A stretch of 63,521 nucleotides of DNA, counting the filler, from Lenisia limosa (lineage: Eukaryota; Protista; Breviatea), in the NCBI GenBank assembly GCA_001655205.1. It is 10 parts of 10 records of this genome, joined end to end, with 100 filler letters (N's around TTAATTAATTAA, not from the genome) between each part and the next. Parts side by side here need not be neighbours in the genome. Positions count along the whole stretch, not along the records: positions 1 to 21,554 come from LPNZ01010589.1; 9 more parts are not named here. The stretch is one strand, 5' to 3'. The position numbers and the translations under genes are program-made. Positions 1 to 14,659 of this stretch are shown piece by piece. Every line of letters starts with the position of its first letter. Position 1 is the first letter of the stretch. The notes beneath the pieces are model-generated. The model saw nothing but the letters and a program-made list of their open reading frames with translations, searched no databases and was not told the DNA's origin.

Positions 1-154
1 TAGGTGACAGCACACGAGGATTGCCCAGGCAAGTCGCTTCTGCAGCACTGCATCCCATCACTCCAGCGTTGTGAACAACAAAATAAACAACGCCCAGGTG
101 AAACGGAACATATATAAAAAACAATTGGGGAGGGTGAGACGAAGGTGCTCTCAC

Positions 155-3100
155 CTGCAATGAACCAAGTACGGAATTGTCCTTGTTTTCTGGTGAGGGA
201 GCGGGCAAGGATTCTTCAAAGCCAGTGTCAGCTTTCACGGGGTCCACGCCAATAATTCTAAAACGTGAGAAATATGGAGTGTTTTGGCTTTCAAATCCAA
301 CTTTGGATCCACCTTAAATCCCCTTTTCTCCTCTGAAAATGCAAAAGCACCCTTTTGACAGGCTTCTGATACGAGGGAACAGCATCGTTCGCATACCTCA
401 TCATATCCGCAGCAGACTCGCCTTTCACGAGGTTCACAGACAGGTTTTTGACAGAAATGCTCTTGGGGTTTGCCGGGGCATTATCAACAGTCACAACCGC
501 AACATCTGGTGTGCCAAAGAGATTGTGAAGGTCACCAAGGATTTCCTATTGCGTGAGGTGGTAGAAACAAGTTGGCACTGCTTCTTAAAAAAAAAAGTAG
601 TTCACAATTGTGAAAAAGGATAAGTTACTCCTAATAAGGCGAACACGAAAGCCTCAAACCTGATAAGCGCCAACAAGGAAGGTTGCAATCAAATAGGGGT
701 TACGAGGGTCCCACTTCGGTACCGGCAGTGTGGGTTGAAGGGTTGGCCCATTGACATAGGACTGTGGGATGGTAAGTAATATGCTTAGAATAATCTGTGC
801 GCTGTGAGATGGTATTTATACTCTTAGATGTAGAAATGAGAAATAAAACAAGGTAGAACTGACCGAAGCCATCCACTCCATCACACTTAAGAGCTATTGG
901 ATTCTTATTGTACTAATTCCCCCGATTGTAGGTGATTCCTAAGGACAAAGGCAACCCTGTACTCTATGCACGCAAACCTGAATTGTCCCGTCACTATCGC
1001 ACGTGATGTCAGCGATGATTCCATCGTTGACAAGAGGCTCGGATGTCAACGGAACTATCGGGAAGATCTGAGGGGGTTGGTTGTGAGCAAACCGAAACTC
1101 CTAATGTCAATGGATTCTCTGTTCATAACTAGGACTATGTTAAATAATTATTTTGTGAAAATTATGAAATTGCCAGCCCTACCTGCTCAATGCCCCAAAT
1201 GTCGGGAAGGGACTTGAAGAGAGAGAAGTTTGCAAGTACCTGAGGCGATCAAATAAGACGCGATAACGCCATAAAAAAAGTACGCCCAATTTGCTTTATT
1301 TACCTTATCAGCCATCAACGGGAGGATTTCACTATAGAGAACAGATTCTTCTTCTGAGAGACTATGGCCCAATTTGACCTGGTCCCGGAACTTCAATGCG
1401 ACCTTAGTTTGGACTGTAATTGCTGCTGACTCTGCCCATGCACGCTAAATCGTAAAAATAATAATTCTAAACAACATGGTCTCATGTCTGTATTCTGTCC
1501 TGTGGTGCCTATATGTGTACCTTGTTCAAATTGATGAGATATGCAAAGTAAACATGTAATACAGGCAGCCATGTACAACAGCTCAAGAAAATTGAACGGA
1601 CAACGCCAAAGAGATTTGCCTACTTCTTGCATGTTGAGTTGGTTGTTTTGGAAGGCTTGTTCGCCTTGTGAGCCCAGTGATTGCGCGAGTTTGCATTGCT
1701 CAATCATGGTCACTGTAAAGTTAAGTGGCGGAGGACTCATATCCTNNNNNNNNNNNNNNNNNNNNNNNNNNNNNNNNNNNNNNNNNNNNNNNNNNNNNNN
1801 NNNNNNNNNNNNNNNNNNNNNNNNNNNNNNNNNNNNNNNNNNNNNNNNNNNNNNNNNNNNNNNNNNNNNNNNNNNGTCACAAACTAGCATATTTTCTTGC
1901 TCCAGAACAGCAATAAAAATACACAAACAAAATAGTTTTCATAGAACGATTCAAGATGGCATGAAGCGCGTACAAGATGAGTGTTCACAAAGTAGTTGGT
2001 GGAGTTCGTTCAAAGGATGCTTGAGAGAAGGGGGCTATGTGGTAAGTGTCAGCTTAAGGGGTTTCTAAACAAGAGATACAATTACAAAAGAAGGGGTGCA
2101 AAGCAATAAGGAAATAATAATAAAAAAAGGTGATCTATGTAGCCCCCCTCCCCCTCACAGGTCCCTGGCACGACTTATCCGCCTGTTCAACGCAAAGAAC
2201 GTTTGTCACCAAAACCGCATGGTGGGCAGTCATAAACCGACCGCTTTCGGAAATCAGTGTTGGTGGGTGGATGCTTAGGTCACGTGACATTTGCGAAAAG
2301 GTCTCAACTACTGCTCTACAAAGATAAAGGACAAATGAACTTATGATCCTCTGAGGAGATGCTGAATGGAGTTGTAACAGGTAGGAATGGGTGAAATACT
2401 GCTATAATAAATGCTGGCAACACAATGGGGGGGGGGGGNNNNNNNNNNNNNNNNNNNNNNNNNNNNNNNNNNNNNNNNNNNNNNNNNNNNNNNNNNNNNN
2501 NNNNNNNNNNNNNNNNNNNNNNNNNNNNNNNNNNNNNNNNNNNNNNNNNNNNNNNNNNNCCCCTTTTTTAAGCTATAATAGCTCAGAAACAGCCCCTTTA
2601 CCCCTCCTCCCAACCTGGCATAGTCATTGACGTCATAATTACGCGAACAAGGGTCCCTGTTTCCGGCACCCTAAAATGATCAACAGAGCTCGAATAAGAC
2701 TTATAAAAATCCGAGGATATGCATCAAGCTTAGTCAAAAAAGAATAAAAAAAAACTAATCAAAATTATCTCCTCCCTTCTTAATGAAGTATTAGGCACTA
2801 CCCCCCCCCCCCCNNNNNNNNNNNNNNNNNNNNNNNNNNNNNNNNNNNNNNNNNNNNNNNNNNNNNNNNNNNNNNNNNNNNNNNNNNNNNNNNNNNNNNN
2901 NNNNNNNNNNNNNNNNNNNNNNNNNNNNNNNNNNNNNNNNNNNTGAAAGAATGACTCAGCTCCATACCTGGTAGTCAACAGCAAGGCCGCCGCCAACATC
3001 CATATACAGCAAGTTGCCACCCATGCTGCATATTTCGGTCATGACTCTGCCTGCTTCATTGAGGCCGCTGCGAAGGTCGGCTAAGGTGGTTGCCTAATAT

Positions 3101-5847
3101 GGTAATGGGAAGTTCTGGGTGGTTAACCTAATATGGTAATCAGAAATACGGCTTTCGGAAAAGAGAAATGGAAAATATTAGACAATAGATTTGGTGAAAC
3201 TCAACAATTAATCAAGGGTTTGGGCCATTCACCCACCTGTGAGCCGAGGTGACAATGGAGGAGCTGGAGGCAGTGCATCTTGTCTTCAGCTTTCAGAATG
3301 TCAATTGCGGTCAAAATCTGTTCAAATGTGAGACAGATATTGTTATTTGTTTATTTATTACAATAAGAGAGAATAATAGTAATTCTATTATATAATAATT
3401 CTATTATATAATAATTATATCATATGATCATATTCGATCACACTTGTTTTGAGGAAAGACCAAACTTCGAAAGAGCCCCTCCACTCGACTGCCAGTTTCC
3501 AGAAACCTAAATGATCAAATAGGTCCATAATTTGTTTTAAGAAGAAGAAAGAAGAAAGAAGAAAGGCAAAAACAAAATAATGACGGTGCTTCGAATGAGA
3601 AAGAGAGCTCAATTATTACTCTGACCACCACCCACTTGGGAATGAAGCTTTGCACGGATGCCAATTCTGGGCGTAATATTGAGCCGCTTTGCTTCCTCTA
3701 AAGAATGTCATTTAAGCTGGTTTGACTGATATGTAATAGTAACAGAAGCGAATGGTATTGTTATTTAATGTTATCATAGTATTAACTATTATCTTCTAAA
3801 TATGGCACATCGAGTAGTACATATTGCATTACATACATTCTATGTAGCTCATTGAAATATTTTGAAATTCCATGTCATTGTTGAACCAAGTGCAGCTGTC
3901 TTTATATTTCAATATGTGTCAAGAAGTGAAGCACGTGTTCGTACCAAGAACAAGTGGAAGTTCATGGGGTTTCTCTATGACAATGAAGACCTGGGGTGTA
4001 AGGTACTATATAGGTGGGAGGGAAACATATATATACATATTACTATATGAATGTGTTATACACCTTATGATATACTATGCAATTGAGCCCCTTTGCCTAA
4101 AAATAAAGGAAAAGCAGAGAATTAGAGGAAGAGCGATTAAAACAGCTAAAGTGAAAGAAGCCAAATGCTAATATGATTATCTACTATGATTAAACACTAA
4201 TATGTGATTTGTACCCCCGCAACCTTGAAGCCCAGTTTCTCGCCAAGTAATGCCGTTTGGATATATGCCTTGTCTTTAAAGCCATTACAAACCTGGGGGG
4301 TAAGACCCAAAATCAACTATGTAGACTTAACATATGAAAGCACACTAGCATATCGGACATTAAAAAAGTGAATCCACAGAAATGAGACACCGGGTCCACC
4401 ATCTACCCACAATGACGCCACACGAGAGTTTAGCCATGTGGAGAACAGTTAATAATTCGGCCCTACTACCAGCTTCTAAACCAACCTGGCTCGGTAAAAA
4501 AAAAAAAAGCGAAGTTGAATATGAAATAAAAAAGAGAAAAAAGCTGATCCACAAGAAGCCCTTCGTCTTATCACGTGCATATTACAGGGTAGCAAGTTGC
4601 TGGAACATTGTCTCAAGGATGGGTCACTGTTACCAAGGAAATGCTCTTACTTTGGTGTTTTCGTCGTTTGCTTCAAGAAGTGAAGAAAGGACTTGGTGTT
4701 GTTGGTTCACCTAGTGTTATAAGGGAGCTGTGGCCAAAACAACAATCCCAGAATCAATCATATGTATGTACATTATGGGGAGTGTGTATTGGAGTGGAAT
4801 AGTTCAGAAATATAAAGCGATACATTTCCTTGGAACTACTTTTTATCTTCATAATAATTCTACAAAAAAAAAACCCCAAGCAAACTCACTTTGATCGGGT
4901 AGATTGCTACGTAGTCGCTAGGGTAGTTGCATGCCTCTCGGGCGTGTCTAAACGCCTCTACCAGCTCCCGTGCACGTTTGGTGAGAAGATGGGGGAACCG
5001 AATGAGCATTGGGAACTGTCCGCCTTGTGCCTTGATTTCAGATACGACGTCATGTAGCGGCAGAGTACTAGGGGAGGGGGAGGTAATTTTTTATTTTGGT
5101 AACTCCGTTGGATAAATCTTTGAGAAGAGGTAAAAATGGAAATACATTATGAAGAAAAAATGCGCGCGGGGGTAGGAACTGTTATGGCAATAGTGTCAAA
5201 AAGGTTACAAATTAGGGGATAAAAACGCCAAAAGAGAAAACAAGCCCCTAACTATCAAAAGAGATATTCCTTTCGTCTCATCTGTATCCATGTCTATATG
5301 CCCCCGGACCTATTTCCGACATAAACATCAGTGCCTGCATGGCCGGGAACAAAGCAGCCATCTCCCCAGTTCTGGGTATTGAACGCGTCACCTGCTGTCA
5401 TGTGTGGGGTTCTGAAATGGATAAGGTGATGAGAACGGACGCTTGGTATGCAATGAGGTTTTAGTGATGTGAGTAAGCCAATGTAAAGTAAAAAAAAGCC
5501 ATTTGGAGCAATGTAAACTCAGAAAGTTGAGACAAATGAATTGACCACTTGAAGCAAAACAACAGCAAAACAACACATAATATACGTATACTCTTAAAGT
5601 GGATTTCCCATATACTTTTCCAAGAACGTCTCTTTTCAGTACTGATGCGTCTTTAGTTGAGGGATGTTAGCGGAAGGACTACAGCGCACGAGCAGATTAG
5701 GGGAGTGAACAGAGCAAAGCAAAACAACACGCTTTTTCATTAACCCACCTCTTTAAATGCGTTTCCAGGGACAGTATCGGAGGCAAAGACGAGATGGGGA
5801 AGCGAAGGAACTGAATTTGAGATCTTGAAAATAATTACACTTCGCAT
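155..5847 (-). CDS. ADC: Biosynthetic arginine decarboxylase (SpeA/plant ADC type), about 20 introns; 3' end runs past window start, start codon tentative
   Basis: Manually spliced GT-AG exons give SpeA motifs in the correct order: YVAIYPIK|VNQQ (PLP lysine), [93 protein letters not shown]|[22 protein letters not shown]|[11 protein letters not shown]. Confidence 0.93.
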
Positions 5848-6092
5848 ATGCTTTTATGTTGAGTACTTTAAGAAATAATCTGGAAATAATTATGTACTTT
5901 GACTCTTTAGATTAAAAAGGCTGAAAAATGATAAAAGTTATAAAGCAGGGTAGTTTCTGCGTTACCCTATATTTTAGTAATGTTCAAGTCATATATCGCT
6001 GAAGCGAAGTAATCGAATACATCGAAGTTATTGTATTTATTTGATAGATTACATTACTATTAAAAAGGAAAGACAAAAACCAAGTGCTCGAA

Positions 6093-9000
6093 ATGAGGCT
6101 TTTTGTGTGTTTACTGTTGGCACTGTCTTTAAATTTGGCATACTCAGCCGAATTCACTATTAATTGGGATGAGGTAAGCTAAACTTAGATTGTCTCACTT
6201 AAATTCAAGGTTGCCACATCCGCCACAGAGATCGCTTCTTCTGAAGGTATTGAATCCTTCTTGCTTGTCTAAATGATTGTTATAGATCTTGGCCCATGTA
6301 TCTGCGACTTAACTCCAAATGCCTGCGACTTCAACTGTAACTGTGACGACGATTGCACGGTTGGGTACAAGGCTGTTTCTTTGAAAGGGGGAAGCGAAAA
6401 ACCCTGTGCAATGATGATGGGGTTATAATAGATCTGCTTTTAATGCTGGTTTACTGGTCACTTTGTCACCAGTTTTGTGGCTCCAGAGTATCATAGCTCA
6501 TAACGGTTATTGTTCCTTGGTGACAAGGGAGGATACATATATCCAGGTGCTCTCCTGTGATAAATGTTTTGTTCAAGGAAAAGTGTGTTGAATTCATGGA
6601 GGTAAACAACCCTCCACCCTCATCTAAGCCCTCTAAGCTCCGTATGATTCACAGAAAACCCATTTCTTTTGTATTTTGCAACAAAGCAATTACATGATTT
6701 TCACCCATTATATAGGACACTGATAAGAATATCTTCCTTACTTCACTTAACGAGGGTCCTGTTGACAACTCAGTGAAGACTTGCAGGTTGGGTTAATTAA
6801 TTGGCTTACTTGCCATAGGATAGTGTGTATTGTATTTCCCTGTTCCCTTGATAACCAATTCCTCTGAACATTGCAGTTCTCTGGTGTCTCAGGTCAATGA
6901 TGATTCCTTTGACCCCTCATGGTCCCATAATCAACTCTGCGTAACGTCTAATAACAGTGGGCATGGCTGCGGCATGGATCTGTAATAGTTTCGGTAGCCC
7001 TCTTGAAATGTTGACTCATGGTTTTTTTTTTTCTTCTTCTTTATCCCTCCAGACCCCTCTGATGGCACGTTCTACACTGATGTTGATGACCTAAGCGATA
7101 TCGCCTCAGTAAATGACGCCTTCACTGCAAAAGAGTGGGCCATAGACTGATGTTTTTTCAAAATAATTTAATCAAACAAATGTTGCCCTACTCATGTTTC
7201 TCTCTTTCTACCTCATTATAGCGGTCTAATATCTCTTATAAGCATGATGTGGATGGCTTCGGTCAGATACTCCGTTGCGTGTATTTCATTTCTACATCTC
7301 ATATAATATAAATATAAAAAATGTATGAGGGTATCTAACCTCTTTAGTAACCCAGTTCCGCTTGTGATTGCAGCCGATTCTACTGCCTACTACCTCGTAT
7401 GTCTTTGCTTCTAATTTATTAAGCACATCATTCTTTTTTGCAGCAAAGTCTCCATTGAAACTAGGATCATAAAGATCCGGCGGTTGGTAGTTATATTAGA
7501 TTTGATTTAGGTACAGTTACCCTTCTCTTGATATTTATTACATCTTATTATTTTCCATTTTCACACCCAATCCAGCCCGGTGCCACAGTTCAGGCAAAAA
7601 TGCCTGTTGCCGCCGCCACATCACTATCGGCAGATTTTGCCCTTTTGGCCCCAGATACGGCCGGCCTGTGTAATGATCAAAGCGTCCTTGGTGAGGGGGG
7701 TCTGAATATTACCCATAACCTCCCCTGCCCAACCTTGTCGCAAATGCTGTTCCTAAGCTAGCCATTATTTGCTTTAATAAACGTGATGGTATAGATTGCT
7801 TGTTTCATGTAACCTGTAAATTAACGTATTTTTAGCATTTGATGAGGATCAGTCCCAGACATGCACGTTGTCATACGCTGACTTAGTGACCGAATGTACA
7901 ACTGGACAGCTGGCAATAGAGAAAATCAAAACAGTGACTTTCTTAAACGTGGGGGGTATGTTTGTTTAGCGATAATATGATGTGTTCTGAGGAGGCAGCT
8001 AGAGCCAAGAATTAGCTTTTTGTTATGGTTGAGTAAAAAAAAAAAATCATTTCATTCATTGGACTTATTATCTCAGGCACCTTCTGGCTCGGAATTGGAC
8101 ATAACCTTCGGTACACTACAATGCACTGATAACGTGGGAACTGTGACGGCCTGTACAGAGCAGGCCTCGGCCGTTGACGGTGGAAATAACTGTCTCCGCG
8201 CTGTAACTAATGTAAGTTGGAAGTATGAATATCAAGATGTGTTTTTTAAGAGTTTTTTTTGACGTTTAAGGTTGCTTATCAAATTACAACTGGAGCCGGG
8301 GGAATAATTTCTTCTGTTGTTGCGAATGTCGAAATGAACTACATCACCGCTGGTACTCTGACCGCTTCACGCACAACCACAGTCACGTTTTCAAGAGTGG
8401 GAGAGAAAAGTTGAGGATTTAAAATTATTTACTTTTTAGTCTGGTGAAACTGTCACTCGAGTTTACAGTGGTAACCCGGGGTATCTTCAAGGGTATCCGG
8501 TTGTTGCAGGAACCTTAACAACTAATGCTGAATTGTAAGAGGGATGGAAGTATACATAGCAACTATTGTAATAATACATATTGCAACAGAATATAAATTT
8601 TGAGCGCTATTCTAACGGTATAACTCCTATTAGAAACGCGATTGAACTCGAGACGTATCCAGGCGGATATCTGCGTATTGCAGGTCCCGGCGCTTTGGGT
8701 GTTTGTAGTGCCCAGGCCGTCCCATTTGGTGAAGAATCACAATCGGCTTGTTCATACGAAGTCAATCTTGCCGATCTTCAAGATAATGTGGGATGGTTTT
8801 GTTTTTTGAGAGCAATAAATTCATTCAATAGTATATTGGGATGCAAGAAAAATGTATGTTATACCATAAACCAAAATTGGTTTGTGAGTTCACCCCGTTT
8901 TTTTTAAAATGCCATGAAATATCGATGCTTTTGTGTCAGACCGAGTGAAGCCCAATATGTGATGGTAAAGAAGTTGACAAGAAATGATTGTATACCTTGA

Positions 9001-10453
9001 AGAAGGATAATGGGAATTCAGTCTTTTTTGGGTTCTGAATTGAAACAAGCGACTTACATTTTAGGACGATTGCAAAGCTTTAAGAACAACGGTTCAAAAC
9101 CTGGCTATTACTGACGCGTTCACACACGTCGGGATCTGGGGTAATGCCGATTATCAGGTCAGAGGGAGCTCACTGAACTTCCATTGGGACAGAATGTGAC
9201 AAAACATACCATCACCTTTTGCCCTTCTGTACTTTCCCCATTCTTTCTGACCCTATTTAGGATTCGTTCCAGTGGCTGCCGATTCTCACCAGTGATCCTG
9301 GAGTGGTGGGTGCTGTGTATATTATCGTATTCGTGTAGTCAGGTTATTATGCCATCTGTTGTGAACTTTGAAGTAATTTAAGCAAGCTCTTGCCCTTTCC
9401 TTGCACCCAATGCCACTAATTTTGCAACATAATATCTCATATTAATAAAACTACTGATATTATTTCTTATTCTGCTATATTTGCTATTCATGTGGCATTG
9501 TCATCTTATTGTTCTCAGACGGGAAGTGGCACTCTGGGATATTGTCCTGATGTTATCACTGGCGTGAACTACAAGATTGTTTATAACCAAGTGGTAAGCG
9601 GCATGTTGTGAGATATGAGGAGATATCGTACCAAGCCTTTCACCTTGAAATTTAAAATTTATCATGAACGGAAATGTTAATTTTTTTCCAGGGAGCAGAG
9701 GGAAACCCCCAGTCAAAGATTATTGGTATTATGCGAGAGTACCAACGAGGACATGTTTCCTTCAGGTTGGCCATCTTTGCTCTTAATGATATGTGATATG
9801 ATAGCTCTCAGCGAATGAATTCCCTCCCTCTATATTTTTTTATATTTTTTTTTCATATTTTTTTTCTTAAGAGAAGAAATCATTATCGAATCCCTATTTA
9901 CAATTGTTTTCGTTTTTTTGCACAGTCACATTGAAAAACCGACTTCACACTCCCCCCTCCAGCTGCTCAAGTAACAAATGTGTTGGTAATGCTGCCGCAG
10001 CCGAGAGTTTCTACATCACATCAACAGTCTCCTTTTTCATGTTCCCAGACCCCACTACTACCGAATCAATCCCCAGAGTGGGCCAGGGGGGTGATTTCTT
10101 CATGAGGTGATGTTTGTTCATATTGAGAATTTTTATGAATAGATAGTAAACTGACCATCCAGCCCCCCTCTCTGCTCCCCAAGCTTCCCTCCGATATTTT
10201 CTATCCCTTCGAAGTGGGAACATCTTCTCCAGCGTCAATACAAGGCCTGAGGTTTGTTTTTCGAGTATTACCGCCATATATAGTTGTTAGGGACTGGGGG
10301 AATTCAACTCAGTACTTCTGGAATACTACCCCGTTATTATTTCTCATTTCTACATAGTACCATGTCAAAATAGGGAGGAGGGATAAAAGCATTTATTCAC
10401 CTGATAGTTTGGCCGTCTTCGCAGCCTGTGCTGCTGCTCTTCTTCTTATTTAG
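6093..10453 (+). CDS. TCTN: Tectonic-family ciliary transition-zone protein, multi-exon
   Basis: Signal peptide MRLFVCLLLALSLNLAYS; Cys-rich DLGPCICDLTPNACDFNCNCDDDC (tectonic signature); later SGNPGYLQGYPVVAG; hydrophobic C-terminus LAVFAACAAALLLI ending at TAG 10451-10453. Confidence 0.85.
7441..7487. repeat. Dispersed repeat family D (second copy 63392-63438)
   Basis: CAG(C/T)AAAGTCTC(C/T)ATTGAAACTAGG(A/G)TCATA(A/G)AGATCCGGCGGTTG shared between different contigs. Confidence 0.8.
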
Positions 10454-10659
10454 GTATGGTATTTCTTGAATGTATTTTTAGTAATGTACATGTACAACAA
10501 TCATCATTTGTGGCTCTTGATATCAGCTTACTAATTTCAAATCAAAACGGTTGGTGAGAATGTCTGTAAGTTTTTAAGTTTTTACTTTATCACAGAAACC
10601 ATGGAGTGCCATACCTTATTCCATACATTAAACCTAAAAAACACCAACCATCAGACTTG

Positions 10660-12805
10660 GTTTTCTCACAGATTGCCTTCCCTTGACCTATAAATTGCAA
10701 TCAGGAACAGAGTCGAGACATCACACACCTTGGGGTAGTTATCTTCAATTGTCCATGATTGGGAACCTTGAGTTCTCTCTTTTGAAGGTGTAGAACTTAT
10801 AGGACTCTTCCCGTTGTCCTGTTAGGAAATTGCTTCGATACGAGTCGGCAACTTGGACCTATTTGGATGAGGGTTCAAAAAGAGTTAGGGCTCCGTGAGT
10901 GGGACATATTATAATGAGAACCCTATCCAGACACTATAATTGCTTATTTTGTCAATTAATTTAAAAATTAGCTGTACGGTCCCCTAAAACGAGTACATAA
11001 GGGCTGTCACCGATATATCATCTTGAAGGACCCTCCTTGCATATAATCAGTACGTAAAAATCACGGGAACAATAACCCCCCCCCCCCCNNNNNNNNNNNN
11101 NNNNNNNNNNNNNNNNNNNNNNNNNNNNNNNNNNNNNNNNNNNNNNNNNNNNNNNCAATACCTTGTCACATTTGAAGCCATACTTGCCAATTTCGTCAAT
11201 GAATTCCATCACACCCTGAGATATTACAGTGAAGTTTTAAAATGGTGTCTCTTTCCGTCAAGACTTGCGAAAAAACCATTAAACACAATAAAATCATTAA
11301 TCTAAATCAGATTTTTTTGCTAGTCTCCATTACTCTAATAAAAAACTCATTCCGCTCACATCTCGGTCGTCCGAAAGAAGTTCATAGAAAACCCCGTCAT
11401 CATTGAGGAGACGATCGACCACCTAAAGGCGTCAAATACATCAAGGCAGTCCTGGTATGGTCTCATCTGTTATGGCTCCCACTTCAACCACTAACACCTG
11501 ACAGTTCCAATAAAAACATAATAAGACTTGTTCTGAAGAACTTCTATTTCGACCTCAGCGAACCTTGGCCAGCGATTTAATGTTTAGAACTGAGTATGTC
11601 AGCTGAATAGGTAAGATAAAACGTCTTTAGAAGAATCGTCATTGGCTGGCATTGGAAACGATGGCTGTGTTAGAGAAAAACACCAATAATATTTTCAGAG
11701 CAAACAGAACAGTCATAAAGATACTAAAATATCATACTAATGATAATATACTATGTCCATGTCCATATGAAAACAAGTTCTATGACAGTCACGAAGTAAC
11801 AATACCCCTCCCCCACCTCAGATCCAATAATTATATCAACTTTCGGGTGTTGATCCTAAACAAATCATTAGAGAAAGTGTACAAAAAAAACAAAAACAAT
11901 CACATTCAAAAAAATAATAAAAAATAGAGTTTCAGTCCACCCCCCCCCCCAACNNNNNNNNNNNNNNNNNNNNNNNNNNNNNNNNNNNNNNNNNNNNNNN
12001 NNNNNNNNNNNNNNNNNNNNNNNNNNNNNNNNNNNNGCAGACGTCATGAGGTCCTCGCCCTCCCAGCCGCGGTTCGTCTGTGAGTCGTATTCGCAAAGGT
12101 TCGCTACTGCATTGTTCTCCAGGTTATACAGGAGATTATCACAGACCTAGGTGCTGTGAAATGGTGCAGAACAATACCATACAATATAATAAAAATAATT
12201 TATCATCATGAAAAACACTACCAAACTAACCGCTTCAGTGTAGTCCGACAGGACAATTGACTTGCAATAGTGGGCACAGAGAATTCCTGGGAGGCCTACT
12301 CCCGCGCCCAACTCGTGCACCGTGGCTCCTTCAAAAACACTTTGGTGGTTGAAAATCCATCTGAAGAAAATGAATGTTGTTTTAGGATTCATTTTCTTGA
12401 GACAATCTCATCATTAATTGTTTATTTATGAATGTAATATTTATTTAAAATCCTTAAAAATCATTGAAGTACAATTTGAAAAGCAAACAAACCTTCCCAA
12501 TATGATCGCAGCGTCCCATAAGCCTGAACCAAGTCCTCCGTCAACTATGGAGAGTTCGCGTATATAGACTTCAAATTCAAAATCTCTGAAGAAAAGATGA
12601 AACATTACAACTTAGATATGGAGAAGAGGACGATGTGTAAAAGACTACCTTTCTTTTTTGTCATATTTTCCAAATCCAACAGTTTTTCTTCTTTTTTTAC
12701 CAACACCAAGTGCAAAATCCTGCCAATTAATGTTGGGGGAGCCTAAAATTTATTAGTGAAAACTCGATAGTAACTATTCCAACCAAGTCGTTCTCTTTGG
12801 TACAT
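10660..12805 (-). CDS. METTL21/EEF2KMT-like protein-lysine methyltransferase (Methyltransf_16 family); 3' boundary approximate
   Basis: Exons encode GGLGSGLWDAAIILGR|WIFNHQSVFEGATVHELGAGVGLPGILCAHYCKSIVLSDY, matching the family's W-x-AA and ELGAGxGL motifs. Confidence 0.8.
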
Positions 12806-12968
12806 ATTTTAAAACTATATACCGTTTCTCGATGACACAAAAGAGAAAAAGGAAAAGAAATTGTGGGTAAAATTGGTTGAATTTCTTTGATATATTTTTT
12901 CGGAAAATGAACTGAACTGGTATAAAAAGAAATTCACGAAAAAAAATAGTGCTTCTTGATTTGTTAAA

Positions 12969-14402
12969 ATGATTCTTCTTGAGCATGAGAACCGCTGTGT
13001 CCAGGAGGCACTCACTCAGAGAGTTGAGAGGTATTTTCTCCATCTTCCTCAAATATTGTTAACCTGTTTAGCTTCAAGGCTACCCAGAAGGCTGAGACTA
13101 TTGAAATCTCTGTTGCTGACTTCGATGGTGTTCTTTTCAGATTGACCAACAAGGATTCCCGCACTAAGATTCTGGTTGGTACTTTTGCCAATATGAGTGT
13201 AACTAACTCTTAGATGTCCGCCAAGATGAAGTGCTACGAAGTTTGCTCCAAGCACGGTGCCGATGCTGTATGTGTCTCTGTATTTGAAGCAATAGTAACA
13301 ATCATAGGCTATTGATGCGGTTTTCCCTGGACTTCGTACTGAGACCGAATCTGGCTTCGATATTTCTCTTCTGATTGACCTTGAGAACCTTCCTGCTGAT
13401 ACTGGTATGGTTTTTTGAAGAATTTTTGAAAATGACTTGTTTCCACTCATCTTATGATTTTTTTTGTTGAATTTTCACGCAGCTTTTTGTCCTATTTTGT
13501 CATGTTTGTTAGATGCTATGGTCCAGAACCTCTCTAAGCTCAAGACCATCATCCTTTCTGCTCCTTTCATCTCCATGATTGAAGGAATGGAAGCTGGAAA
13601 GGCCCCTCCCATGAAGGTTTGAAGGATATTCATTGTTATGGAGGAATTATTTGGGTTATAATGAACTTTTTATTTGAGGATCTTCAACCACCTCACCTCC
13701 GTCTTCTCTCACCGCGCCATAGCCTCTTGAGATCCCCTACCGTGACGATGAGAGCATCTACCTCAAGCCTGAGGGTGATCGTCTCATGGTCTTCTTCTCT
13801 GTCAAGTTCCGCGATCCTGATGATTCCGTCTTCGCCAAGGTGTTCCTCCAAGAATTTGCTGATGCCCGTCGCTCTATCAGATCCGCTCCTACTGTGACTT
13901 ACAACGCCAAGGAGGCTCCCGCTGAGCTCAAGGTATTTTTCATTTTTATTTCTTTTGCTTGTTGCTTTTATTTTTTTTACATTCTAGGGACTCAACGTTA
14001 CCGAGGGTGAAAACATCGGCTTTGTTTCCTTCGTCCTCTTCTCCGCCCACATTGACAAGAAGAACCGCCACAAGTCTGTGGAGCTCATCATGACCTTCCG
14101 TGATTACCTCCACTACCACATCAAGGTTAGCCAGGGATCTTGTTCTGTCTCGTTCCCCAACTGTTTTCCCCGTTTAATTCGTTGTAGTGCTCCAAGGCTT
14201 ACATGCACACCCGTATGCGTTCTCGTGTTGAGTCTCTCCTTCTCATCCTCAACCGTGCCCGTCCCGAACCTTTCGCTGGCAAGGTTAGCTTGGGACTAAT
14301 ATTAACATTCTTGGCCCTTCAATCGCCTTCTTTCCTGCAAGCCACTATCTCATTTTTTAGGTCAAGAAGACCATGGGTGGCAAGACCTTCAAGCGCGACT
14401 AG
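12969..14402 (+). CDS. ARPC2: Arp2/3 complex subunit 2 (p34-Arc)
   Basis: Starts MILLEHENRCVQEAL; contains ISVADFDGVLFR, DDSVFAKVFLQEF, TFRDYLHYHIK|CSKAYMHTRMR; ends KTMGGKTFKRD* at 14400-14402. Confidence 0.96.
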
Positions 14403-14659
14403 GCCGCTGACTCTTTTATTTAATGGGGCTTTTTATGTAATTTAGTTTCTTGGGTGCGAGGCTGTGTTGTTTCGAATAGATAAATAATCAGCTTTCCAAA
14501 ATGGTGTGATAATTGGGTTGGTTTTATCAGTGCAGAATTATTCTAGAAATACCTATTTTTATTTCTCATCTTACATGACACCTACATGATATTCGAAACA
14601 TACATAATTCATATAATAATAAGACTAGCACATTACATAGCCCTAGTGGGGGGGTTGGT

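Noticed and set aside
764-977. Repeat families as Introner-type intron-generating elements
   Set aside because: In the intron checked here and the others inspected, repeats sit inside introns and do not supply the GT/AG boundaries.
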